From the IMG/VR virus record IMGVR_UViG_3300037310_000255, positions 1-39,355 of that record: 39,355 bases of DNA; one strand, written 5' to 3'. Position 1 is the stretch's first letter, and every line of letters begins with the position of its first letter. Made by a program: the position numbers and the translations under genes. Origin of the DNA: a virus. Taxonomy: Duplodnaviria > Caudoviricetes. Below, in pieces: positions 7,437 to 16,309 of the stretch. Below the pieces are notes generated by a model. It did not search any database. It was given only the letters and a program-made list of their open reading frames with translations, and was not told the origin of the DNA.

Positions 7437-10400
7437 GTGCCCGACGGGCTTCGCGACTTTCGCGAGCAATATCCGCAGTACGCTGATCTCGACGACGAGA
7501 CGCTCGCGGCGCGGCTCTATACGCGCTACTACTCGGACCTCGAGCCGCTCGAGTACCGCAAGCGCATGGGCCTCACGGTCCCGGAGCCCGCGCGAGCACC
7601 GACGATCGGCGAGCGGATTGACGCGGGGCTGAGAGCGCCGGAGCGGCGCGTGCGGGGCGGCAGCGAGCTCCTGAACGACGTCGACACCCTCGCGTACCCG
7701 GCGCAAGGCAAGGTCGACGTCGACGCGCTGCAGAGCTTTCTCGACCAGCGTGGCGCGACCAAGCCGCAGCGCGGCGGCAGCTTGCCCGAGCAGCTCTTCG
7801 CCGGCTTCGATGAGTACCGCGCGAACCGGCAGACGGCCTCCGCGCTCGACACGATCCAGACCTCGCAGAACGTCGAGCGGATCCGCCGCGGCGAAGGCCT
7901 CGCACGCCGCTTCGACATCCTCCGTGGCCAGATCCGCCTCGAGCGCGAGCTCGGCAACGTGGATGAAGCCGCTCGGATCGAAGCGCGGCTCGCCGACGAG
8001 GAAGCGAAGCTTAGCGATCCCGACCGGCAGTCGCGCTTCGCGGCGGCGCAAGCGGGACTGCGAAAGACGCTCCAGACGGCGATCGACCGGCGCAAGGAGC
8101 TCTCCGACCGAGCCGCCAGCGTGCCGCTCTCGAGCTCGACGCAGGAGATGGTCGAGGCGGAGGGCTTCAAGGAAGCCTTCGGAGAGTTCACGGACGATCC
8201 GATCCGCATCATTGCCGAGCTCGGCGTGCGATCGGCACCGAACCTCATCGAGATCGTTCCGGCCATGTTCGGCGGCAGCCTGGTCGCGGGGCCGGCCGGT
8301 GCGATCGCCGGCGCCGGCGCGGGCTCCGCGATGGTCGAGTACCGCGCCTCGTTCGTGCAGTCGCTCGAGGAGGCGGGCGTCGACCTGAACAGCGCCGAGT
8401 CGCTGCTCGAGGCCGCGGCGAACAGCGAGCTCATGGAGCAGGCGCATAAGAAGGCCCTAGTTAGGGCCGGGATCATCGGCGCCACGGACGCGGCGACCTT
8501 CGGCGTTGCCGGCCGGGCCCTGACGCCCTTCAAGCGACCGCTCGCGCGTGAGGCGTCGAACCTCGTGGCTCAGATGGGCGTGCAAGCGGCCGGCGGCGCG
8601 GCCGGCGAGGCCGGCGCGCAGCTCGCGACCGAGGGCGAGGTCCACGCCGGCGACGTGCTCGCGGAAGCCGTCGGCGAGGTCGTAACGGCGCCGGGCGAGG
8701 TCGCGACCGCTGCCGCGAGCGGCCTGAGGCGGCCTCAGGTCGCTCAGGAGACGACTACTGGTCAGGCATCCAGTGGGCCGGCCGATGAGACGATCGACGC
8801 CTCCGATGAGACAACCGAGGCCGCTGACGAGACGCGGGCCGATCTGGAAGAGACGGCACCGGCGCCCGAGCTCGGGGATGCCGCCGCGTTCGAAACGGCC
8901 GTCGCCGAGACCCCGCCGGCCGCCGTCGCGGTCCTACGCGCTGACGATCTGCCCGTCGCCGGCAAGGCGCTCGGCGTCGAAGGAGCCGCAGCGATCGAGC
9001 GGGCGGTCTCTCGCGCCGTGGCGGCGAGCGGGCTGCAGGCGTATCGCGTCGACGAGGGCGAGTATCGAGTCGTGGGTCGCACGTCCGAGGAGCTCGATGT
9101 CGCCGTCGAGGCGGTGCGCGAGCACCTTGCTCGGCAAGTCGTCGAGGTCGAGGAGGGCACGCTGAACGGCGTCCAGGTGTCTGCCGGCGTCGGCCCGAGC
9201 GTTGCCGAAGCCGAGGCAGCTCGGCCGGCCGCGCGCGCCGAGCCCGGCGATCGGCTCGTGCTCAACTCGTCGCGGCCGCTCGATATGGAGGCAGGCTCGA
9301 ATTACGTCCCTCTGATCAGTCAGCACGGCGATCTCCCGCTCAACGCGAATCGGGAGTACGTGCTCGGCGATGGACGGACAGTGCGGATCCCGAAAGAGCC
9401 GGTACGTAGGCGCCACGTGATCAAGCTGCTCGAGCGCCATCTTGGGACGCACATCTACCAAGGCCGAGTGAAGGGCAAGAAGACGCGCCTCGGCTTCTAC
9501 CGCCCGGGCCTCGGCGAAGTGCGCATCAGGAACCGCAACGACCTCGAGGTCACGGCGCACGAGGTGGCTCACTTCGTGGACGACAGAAATGTCTGGGTCG
9601 CCAAGCTGTACGAGCAGCACGCGGACGAGCTGAAGCAAGTCAGCTACGACGTGAAGAAGGTCGAGGAGGGGTTCGCCGAGTTCGCACGCCTCTGGCTCAC
9701 GCAGGACAACATGGCCATGAAGGCCGCTCCGGCGTTCTACGACGCGTGGATGGCGGAGCTCGACAAACATCCGCAGCTCGCCGGCGCGCTGCGCGAAGCG
9801 CAGGAGCTCATGCATGCGTGGCACCAGCAAGGGGCGCGGGCGCGGCTGGCTTCGAAGATCGGCCGGGACAAGATCTCGCTGCGGCAGCGGTTCAGCGAAG
9901 TGTTCGATCGCGTGATGGACAAGTTCCTGCAACGCTCGTTTGACGGCCTCCGAGCCTTCAAGGTCATCGAGCGCGCGATCCGCGGCGAGCTCGCCGACGC
10001 CACCCAGTCAGGTTATCTCGCGCTGCGGCTCGCACGCGGCGCGAACGGCGTCGTCGAAGGCATCTTTCATCGCGGCACCGTCAACTGGGATGAGCGCGGG
10101 GATCTCCAATTCACCGGCAAAGGCCTCAAAGACGTGTTCGCACCGGTCGAGGACCGCATGGCGGATATGCAGCTCTACATGGTCGCGCGCCGGGCGCAGG
10201 AGCTCACCGAGCAGGGCCGGGAGAATCTCTTCCGACCGGACGAGATCGCCGCCGGCCTCGCGATCGCCGACGCGCAGCAGGGCGGCGACCCCGTTTTCGC
10301 GCAGGTGTTCGAGGAGTGGCAGGGCTTCAACCAACGCATGCTCGAGTTCGCCGAGAGCTCCGGGCTTCTCTCGGCCGAGAGCCGCGCCGCGATCGTAGAA

Positions 10401-12566
10401 GCCAACAAGCAGTACGTGCCGTTCTCAAGAGTCGTCGACGCGTTCAACGGCGCGCGCACGCGCCGCGGCGGGCTCTTCATGCGCCTGAAGGGCGGGACCA
10501 GCAATATCGAAGACGTATGGGACAGCATCGTGGCTAACACGACGTTCCTCGTGCACGCCGCGATGCAGAACGTTGGCAAGAGAAACTTCTATCGGCTCAT
10601 CGATGGCCAGGCGGGACCGCTAGGCTCTGGTGCCGACAAGAGCGAAATGGCCGCGCTCTACGCCGCGCCGATCTCCCCTGAGTCGGCACCCGTTGCCGTT
10701 GACAAGGATCAGGTCATCAAGGCCGTCGTTGAGAGCATGGGGCTCACGATGCGCTGGTACCGGATGGCGAAGACCGGCGTCGTCACGTCGCCGCAGGAGC
10801 TCGAGACGCTGCAGACGATCGACCGCATCGCCAACGGCATGGGCGACATGTTGACGTTCTTCAAGCCGAAGGACCCGAACGGCAACGTCGACTTTTATCT
10901 CGAGGGCGGCAAGAAGCGTTTCTTCGAGATCGCCGATGCCCTGCTCTGGGAAGCGATCAAGGAGCTGGGCCCGCGCCCGCACAACCTCGCGCTCGCGATC
11001 GCCGGGGGCTTCTCTCACGCGCTCCGCCGCGGCGTCACGCTCGCCCCGCCGTTCGCCTTGGCCAACTTCGTGAGGGACAGTTTTCATGCCTTCACGCTGA
11101 CGAAGGGGCAGATGTTCCCCATCGCGCCGGCGCTGAAGGCGATGTTCGATCGCTTCACGAACGATCCGGACTACTGGCTCTACGTGATCAACGGCGGCGG
11201 CTTCGCGCGGCGATTCGAAGCGGAGGGCCAGCTCGTCAACCCGCCCGGCATCCGGAGCCTCGATCCGCGGAAAGTCGTGTCGGGTGCCAAGGGCGCGTTC
11301 GCCGCCTACGACGCGACGCTGAGCGCGGCGGAATACGCCAACCGGATCGCCGCGTTCCGAGTAGCGCGGAAGAAGGGCGAGTCGCTACGCCAGGCCGCTT
11401 ACCTCGGCCGCGAAGTGTCGACCGACTTCTCGATGCGCGGCTCGTCGGACTTCCTCCGGCTCTTCACCGTCACCGTGCCATTTCTCAATGCTCGACTTCA
11501 AGGTTTATACCGCCTGGCACGCGCCGCCGGCGAGATGCGCGGGAGCCGTCCCCGCGTGAAGTGGCAAGAGGCGCTGTCGTTCGCGGGGAAGGCGCTGATG
11601 GTCGTCACGGTGCCCTCGGTGGCGCTCTACCTCATGAACCGCGACGACGAGCGCTACAAGGAGCTCCCGGACTGGGTCCGCGACCTACACTGGTTCGTGC
11701 CCACCGGCGCCGGCGAGGACGACTACTTGCTCATCCCGAAGCCGTATGAGGTCGGAATGATCTTCGGCTCGATGGTCGAGCGCGCGATGGAATACCTCTA
11801 CGAGAACGACTCCGAGGAGCTCGCCAACGCAATCGGGTGGATCTTCATGGAGGCGTTCTCCTTCAACCCGATGCCGCAGGCGTACGCGCCGATCGACGAG
11901 CTGGGCACGAACAAGGACTTCACGGGCGCGCCGATCATCCCCGAGTATCTGCAGGACCTCGAGCCGGCCCGCCAGTACCACCAGTACACGTCGGACGCCA
12001 TGGTCGCGCTGGGGCGCGCAACCGGCTATTCGCCGATCAAGGCGCAGCATCTCGTCGAGGGCTATCTCGGCACGCTCGGCGCGTGGGCGCTCGCCGCCGC
12101 CGACATGATGCTCTCAGACCTCTCGGGCGGCGGGGAACGGCCCGAGCAGCGCTGGCAGGACTTCCCGCTGATCGCGCGATTTGTTGACGGCGGGCCGCTC
12201 AAGCGAACGCACAGCGAGAGCCACTTTTGGGATCTGCGCGAGCAGACGCGCATCGCCCACGCGACTCTCGCCGACGTCGAGCGACGCAGCCCCGAGATGC
12301 TCCAGCAGTACGTGAGCGACGCGGAGCGTGTGGTGTACGACGCGCTGAACCGGGAGATGGAGCAAAAGGCAGCTCACGTGCGCCAGCTAGATGACGCGAT
12401 GAGCGAGACCCGGTCTCACCCAGAGATGTCTGGCGAAGAGAAGCGCGTGCGGATCGAGGCACTTCAACGGCGGAAGAACGAGGCCATGCGCGCCGTTATG
12501 GTCAAGCTCGACCGCGACGCGGTGCGCGCCATGATCGCTGACGCCGAGCGGATGCGACCGCCGTGA
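7437..12566 (+). CDS. giant internal virion / polyvalent protein (1709 aa): degenerate GGDEF-like domain, HExxH zincin-like motif, C-terminal LPD38-like domain
   Basis: FREQYPQYADLDD N-terminus; AHEVAH...EGFAEF; NFVRD, VPFLNARLQG, YKELPDWVRDLHW...IPKPYEVG, NKDFTGAPIIP. Confidence 0.8.
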   Translation: MPDGLRDFREQYPQYADLDDETLAARLYTRYYSDLEPLEYRKRMGLTVPEPARAPTIGERIDAGLRAPERRVRGGSELLNDVDTLAYPAQGKVDVDALQSFLDQRGATKPQRGGSLPEQLFAGFDEYRANRQTASALDTIQTSQNVERIRRGEGLARRFDILRGQIRLERELGNVDEAARIEARLADEEAKLSDPDRQSRFAAAQAGLRKTLQTAIDRRKELSDRAASVPLSSSTQEMVEAEGFKEAFGEFTDDPIRIIAELGVRSAPNLIEIVPAMFGGSLVAGPAGAIAGAGAGSAMVEYRASFVQSLEEAGVDLNSAESLLEAAANSELMEQAHKKALVRAGIIGATDAATFGVAGRALTPFKRPLAREASNLVAQMGVQAAGGAAGEAGAQLATEGEVHAGDVLAEAVGEVVTAPGEVATAAASGLRRPQVAQETTTGQASSGPADETIDASDETTEAADETRADLEETAPAPELGDAAAFETAVAETPPAAVAVLRADDLPVAGKALGVEGAAAIERAVSRAVAASGLQAYRVDEGEYRVVGRTSEELDVAVEAVREHLARQVVEVEEGTLNGVQVSAGVGPSVAEAEAARPAARAEPGDRLVLNSSRPLDMEAGSNYVPLISQHGDLPLNANREYVLGDGRTVRIPKEPVRRRHVIKLLERHLGTHIYQGRVKGKKTRLGFYRPGLGEVRIRNRNDLEVTAHEVAHFVDDRNVWVAKLYEQHADELKQVSYDVKKVEEGFAEFARLWLTQDNMAMKAAPAFYDAWMAELDKHPQLAGALREAQELMHAWHQQGARARLASKIGRDKISLRQRFSEVFDRVMDKFLQRSFDGLRAFKVIERAIRGELADATQSGYLALRLARGANGVVEGIFHRGTVNWDERGDLQFTGKGLKDVFAPVEDRMADMQLYMVARRAQELTEQGRENLFRPDEIAAGLAIADAQQGGDPVFAQVFEEWQGFNQRMLEFAESSGLLSAESRAAIVEANKQYVPFSRVVDAFNGARTRRGGLFMRLKGGTSNIEDVWDSIVANTTFLVHAAMQNVGKRNFYRLIDGQAGPLGSGADKSEMAALYAAPISPESAPVAVDKDQVIKAVVESMGLTMRWYRMAKTGVVTSPQELETLQTIDRIANGMGDMLTFFKPKDPNGNVDFYLEGGKKRFFEIADALLWEAIKELGPRPHNLALAIAGGFSHALRRGVTLAPPFALANFVRDSFHAFTLTKGQMFPIAPALKAMFDRFTNDPDYWLYVINGGGFARRFEAEGQLVNPPGIRSLDPRKVVSGAKGAFAAYDATLSAAEYANRIAAFRVARKKGESLRQAAYLGREVSTDFSMRGSSDFLRLFTVTVPFLNARLQGLYRLARAAGEMRGSRPRVKWQEALSFAGKALMVVTVPSVALYLMNRDDERYKELPDWVRDLHWFVPTGAGEDDYLLIPKPYEVGMIFGSMVERAMEYLYENDSEELANAIGWIFMEAFSFNPMPQAYAPIDELGTNKDFTGAPIIPEYLQDLEPARQYHQYTSDAMVALGRATGYSPIKAQHLVEGYLGTLGAWALAAADMMLSDLSGGGERPEQRWQDFPLIARFVDGGPLKRTHSESHFWDLREQTRIAHATLADVERRSPEMLQQYVSDAERVVYDALNREMEQKAAHVRQLDDAMSETRSHPEMSGEEKRVRIEALQRRKNEAMRAVMVKLDRDAVRAMIADAERMRPP

Positions 12567-12571
12567 CGAGC

Positions 12572-12922
12572 CTATCGGCGCTTGTATGCCGGTGAGACGA
12601 ACTGGCCGTCGGCGGTGCATTCCTCGGGCTCGAACGTGCCGTCTCGATCAGGCTGCGTCCGCGGCCCGAGCTCCGCGAGCCGCGCGTCGAGTTCGTCAAG
12701 CACGCGACGCGTCTCCGCCTGCATTTCGTTCGTGCTTTCGCACGGCCGCGGGTCCGCAGGCGGCGGTTCGTCCGCGATGAACATCCATGCCACGACAGCG
12801 AATCCGGCGAGACAGAGCGGTCCGAATACAGCGATGTCTCGGCGGGTAGCGGCGGAATCATCCGGCGGAAAGCGTACGGGCTCGGGCGGCGGGCGGCCCT
12901 TCGGCGGCTCTCGGACGGTCAT
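12572..12922 (-). CDS. hypothetical single-TM membrane protein (moron)
   Basis: TM segment IAVFGPLCLAGFAVVAWMFI; converges on the giant gene and lies directly downstream of the lipoprotein gene. Confidence 0.55.
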   Translation of the reverse strand: MTVREPPKGRPPPEPVRFPPDDSAATRRDIAVFGPLCLAGFAVVAWMFIADEPPPADPRPCESTNEMQAETRRVLDELDARLAELGPRTQPDRDGTFEPEECTADGQFVSPAYKRR

Positions 12923-12926
12923 GGGG

Positions 12927-13226
12927 TCAGTCCACGCATCTGAACGTGATGTCGATGCGAGGGTATTTGCCGAGGATGTACGGCCCCTGCGACTGCTGGA
13001 CATTCACTACCGACAGCGACTTGCCGGCTGTCTGGCAGTGCTCGGTCGCGTTCTGCATCGCGCGCGTCCGCAGCTTTCCGATGCGTGCGAAGCCCGTGCG
13101 CGCTTCCCGACTAACCAAGAACGTACCGTCGGCCATCGCCACGATGTCCGAACCGCCGAATTGGGCCTCGGAGCAAGCGACCGTGCCGGTGATCGCCACC
13201 GCGACCCAACGAAGGATCTGGTGCAT
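12927..13226 (-). CDS. putative lipoprotein (moron)
   Basis: Signal-like MHQILRWVAVAITGTVA-C; A..HC...GK and C-terminal ITFRC cysteine pair; alternative start at 13241. Confidence 0.7.
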   Translation of the reverse strand: MHQILRWVAVAITGTVACSEAQFGGSDIVAMADGTFLVSREARTGFARIGKLRTRAMQNATEHCQTAGKSLSVVNVQQSQGPYILGKYPRIDITFRCVD

Positions 13227-13297
13227 TCGCCTCAGGCTCATGGGTTGCCCTCGCGATTTGTTCTTCTTGGAATATTAGCTTATACGGAGCGGGTCGC

Positions 13298-13945
13298 GTG
13301 CGGAGCGTGATTTTACCTGCGTTCTGCACCTCGGGCCGGCCGCTCGTGCCGCAGGGCGTCGTCGTGCACTACTTCTCGGGCCGTAACGTGGATCCCGAGC
13401 GCGAGTTCGAGCTCGACGTGTGTCGCAATCTGTTCCTCGATCTCAACCGGCCGCGCTCGGCGCGCCAGCACTATATGCAAGGACCGAAGTGGCCCGAGGC
13501 GCGGATGTACGCGTCGGCGCACGTGCTGATCGGCCGCGCTGGCGAAGTGTGGAAGCTCGTCGAGTTTGACTTGGCCAGCTACCACGCGGGGAAGTCGATC
13601 ATGAACGGGCGGCCGAACTGCAACGCCTTCGCGTTGGGCGTGGAACTCGTGGGCTCGATCACGTCGAAGTTCACGGACCGCCAGTACGCCGCGCTCGCCG
13701 CGCTCCTGACCGATCTCATGCGTCGGTTTGGGTTCGCGAGGGAGTGGATCGCCGGCCACGATGCGGTCCGCTGGGCGGCGATACAAGCCGGGGAATCGGC
13801 CAAGCCCAAGTACGACCCCAGCGGCAGGAAGGATGGCCGCGGCGACAACTTCAGCTGGGAGCGACTGTGGCGCCTCCTCGATGACGAAGAAGCTCGATCT
13901 AACAGCTCAGACGTTCGGCCAGCTCACGGTGCTTCGGGAGGCTGA
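13298..13945 (+). CDS. N-acetylmuramoyl-L-alanine amidase (Amidase_2 / AmpD-like)
   Basis: VVVHY, SAHVLIGRAG, YHAG, N..ALGVEL, FTDRQYAAL, IAGHD, KYDP zinc-amidase motifs. Confidence 0.9.
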   Translation: MRSVILPAFCTSGRPLVPQGVVVHYFSGRNVDPEREFELDVCRNLFLDLNRPRSARQHYMQGPKWPEARMYASAHVLIGRAGEVWKLVEFDLASYHAGKSIMNGRPNCNAFALGVELVGSITSKFTDRQYAALAALLTDLMRRFGFAREWIAGHDAVRWAAIQAGESAKPKYDPSGRKDGRGDNFSWERLWRLLDDEEARSNSSDVRPAHGASGG

Positions 13946-14654
13946 TCGTAAGACCGCTTCGTCGCGCTGGGTTTGCCGCTGCGCGTGCGGCCTGGAAACC
14001 GCGGTCCGAACAACCTATCTGACTTCCGGGCATACGCAGAGCTGCGGATGTATGCGCCGGCAGGCGCCAGCGAACAAGACTCACGGCAAGACCGGGACGC
14101 GCGAGTACCAGGCTTGGAGCAACGCGAAGCGACGTTGCTACAACCCACGAGCGACAAAGTTCGCGGACTACGGGGGGAGGGGAATAACCATGTGCGCGGC
14201 GTGGAGGGACAGCTTCGAGCAGTTTCTTCGCGACATGGGCCCGTGCCCGGATGGCCACGAGCTCGATCGCCGTGACGTCGACGGTAACTACGAGCGGTCA
14301 AACTGTCGGTGGGTCACTAGCGACGGTGAAGCTCACCGAGCTCGAGGCCGAGTTCATTCGCTACGAGCGCCGGGAGCTCGGCGAGCCGACAGATTCGCCG
14401 CGTGCGACTCAGCAGGTGAACCACCCCGTCGATTCCCTCGCCGAAGCCGACGGCATCATGTTTCGAGGATCGCGTACCGGACGACGCGCTGCCGGGCCCT
14501 GGACGCTGGAAGCCGGCTGGTACGGGCTACGGTGACCTATCGTTCGTCCCCGGGAAGCGCTCGAACTCCGTCGCGCTCCTTGGCGGCTGCGCGTGGCACG
14601 GGTTCGTCACGAACGGGGACGCGACGTAGCAGCGAACAAAAGGGGCCGCACTAG
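13881..14654 (+). CDS. HNH-type homing endonuclease; recognisable part ends near 14320 and the C-terminus looks aberrant
   Basis: DLT..TFG.LTV, W.CRCACG, SCGC, HG, W...KRRC.NP, YGGRGI, LDRRDVDGNYERSNCRW. Confidence 0.8.
   Translation: MTKKLDLTAQTFGQLTVLREADRKTASSRWVCRCACGLETAVRTTYLTSGHTQSCGCMRRQAPANKTHGKTGTREYQAWSNAKRRCYNPRATKFADYGGRGITMCAAWRDSFEQFLRDMGPCPDGHELDRRDVDGNYERSNCRWVTSDGEAHRARGRVHSLRAPGARRADRFAACDSAGEPPRRFPRRSRRHHVSRIAYRTTRCRALDAGSRLVRATVTYRSSPGSARTPSRSLAAARGTGSSRTGTRRSSEQKGPH
14326..14629 (+). pseudogene. frameshifted DUF6527-like gene
   Basis: VKLTELEAEFIRY...ADGIMF continues in the +1 frame as EDRVPDDALPGPGRW...GGCAWHGFVTNGDAT*; the shift is at 14461-14464. Confidence 0.6.
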
Positions 14655-14698
14655 CCCGGCACGTCAGGGGTGTGTTGATTCCGGATCTAGCGCGGCCC
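14638..14698 (-). terminator. long hairpin with U-tail ending the minus-strand moron transcript
   Basis: On the minus strand GGGCCGCGCTAG..CCGG...CCGG.CTAGTGCGGCCC is followed by CTTTT. Confidence 0.55.
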
Positions 14699-14822
14699 AA
14701 AGCCAAGCCGCTTGAAACTGGAAAGGACTCACGCGCCGGTCCCATGCAACGCGGCGCGCTCATCCCGACCCGAGGGTCTACCGAGCATGTGGCTATGCTC
14801 GGGTCTGGTTGGTGCGCACGGA

Positions 14823-15464
14823 CTACTGCGCTCCGAAAGCTGTAACGGGACCCGGGACGGGATTGACCGTAATCCCGACCGATCGGTTCACGGTGACGTT
14901 GCCCGTGAACGTCTTCGTGGCCGCGTTCGATACGACGGAGCATTGGTCGCGCTGATTGCACGCCTGGGCGACGCCGCGCAGCGTTCCGGTCTGCGAGATC
15001 CCCGTGACCGTGCGCATCGAAGCGGGCATTGACACTTCGGCGCACGCCGGCGTCGACGTTGCCGTGCACGGGGCCGTGCCGGAGATCGCCGCCGGCGCAG
15101 TCGCACCGAACGTGTACTGGATGCGCACGCTCTTGGCGTCGGTGTAGGCGCTGCCGTCCGTGTTCGTCGTGGGGTTCGTCCACGAGAACGTCACGATCGA
15201 ATCACCGGGCCACGTGCAATCGAGGTTGTAGGTTGCCGAGCTCGTGATCGCTGGCAACGTCTGCGTCCCGCTCGCGGCCTTCGTCCCCGTCCAGTTCGGC
15301 GCGCCCGAGGCCGTGCAGCTCGCCGCCGCCGGCGACGTCGACCACGTGAGCGCAGGCACTACGGAACCGTCGCCGGTCGTCGTCGACGCGCTAAAGGTCA
15401 GAGTGTTTTGACTATGGGCGACGAGCGGAACGAGCAGGGCGAGCGCGAGCAGGATGCGTTTCAC
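14823..15464 (-). CDS. secreted Ser/Thr-rich protein with a fibronectin type III-like domain
   Basis: SD GGAGGA, GTG start, signal peptide KRILLALALLVPLVAHS, motif FSWTNPTTNTDGS..TD. Confidence 0.75.
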   Translation of the reverse strand: MKRILLALALLVPLVAHSQNTLTFSASTTTGDGSVVPALTWSTSPAAASCTASGAPNWTGTKAASGTQTLPAITSSATYNLDCTWPGDSIVTFSWTNPTTNTDGSAYTDAKSVRIQYTFGATAPAAISGTAPCTATSTPACAEVSMPASMRTVTGISQTGTLRGVAQACNQRDQCSVVSNAATKTFTGNVTVNRSVGITVNPVPGPVTAFGAQ

Positions 15465-15541
15465 GGTGGGTCCTCCGCAACGAGCGTTGCGTGGCGGATG
15501 ATCGGCGAGCGAAACAGCCGTCGCGAACCCGGGCCCGCGCG

Positions 15542-16111
15542 TCAATGGACGGGCGGGACGGCGTCCTGCTGCTGCTGAGGGTCGTCGGGCGGATCGCTGA
15601 ACGCGTCGCGCTGTTTCTTCTTGCCCTTGGCCTCGGCGGCCGCGCCGGATCCGACGAACGAGAGCTTGCACTCCTGCGCGAGGCGCATCTGACCGAGCGA
15701 CTCGCGGTAGTTCGTCGGGTCGAGCCGCACCTGGCCGTGCACGATGCACTTGCGACCCGTGATCGGCTTGATCTTGAGTTTCTTCAGCGTCGCCGCGTCC
15801 GATTCTGCGAAGTCCTCCGGGTTGCTCGTGCTCACGAGCTCGACCTTGCCCTGGCAGACGAAGTCCGGCTCGATCTCCTCGACGTCGAGCAGGCACGGCT
15901 CGCCGGCCTTGTCCCAGAAGATCTCGTCGGCGGAGCGCGAGCCGGTGCGCGTGCGCACGAACTGCGCGAGCTCGCCGGGCTCGAGGACGAACTCGATCGA
16001 GACGTCCATCTTCGGATGGAGCGCGTCGCCGCTCTTCTCCGGACTGTCGTTCAAGTGGTTCACCTTCGAGTGCCGGCTCGTGATGTTCACCAGCGGCTTT
16101 TGCTTGGCCAT
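15542..16111 (-). CDS. hypothetical phage protein
   Basis: SD GGAGGA, ATG at 16111, coding-like codon usage, acidic disordered C-tail. Confidence 0.7.
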   Translation of the reverse strand: MAKQKPLVNITSRHSKVNHLNDSPEKSGDALHPKMDVSIEFVLEPGELAQFVRTRTGSRSADEIFWDKAGEPCLLDVEEIEPDFVCQGKVELVSTSNPEDFAESDAATLKKLKIKPITGRKCIVHGQVRLDPTNYRESLGQMRLAQECKLSFVGSGAAAEAKGKKKQRDAFSDPPDDPQQQQDAVPPVH

Positions 16112-16309
16112 GGGGTTCCTCCTGGTTCGTTGTTGGCGCGGGCGGGTGCTGGTGTAACCGATGCCCGGCAGCGTCGCGAGCCGGGGCCGGCTTTGCATAA
16201 CGCGGCTCGCGAGGCCGAAGTGTCAGGTTCTAGACTGAACTCGCCCTCAAAAGCGTGTATGCAGGCAGATGCGTGCATCCGCTAAGAAAAAAGCAACAAC
16301 GGGGCAGCG

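Noticed and set aside
14759-14768. CTCATCCCGA shared with 4898-4907, suggesting antisense pairing between the two structured regions
   Set aside because: The match is only 10 bp and does not extend, so chance is a sufficient explanation.
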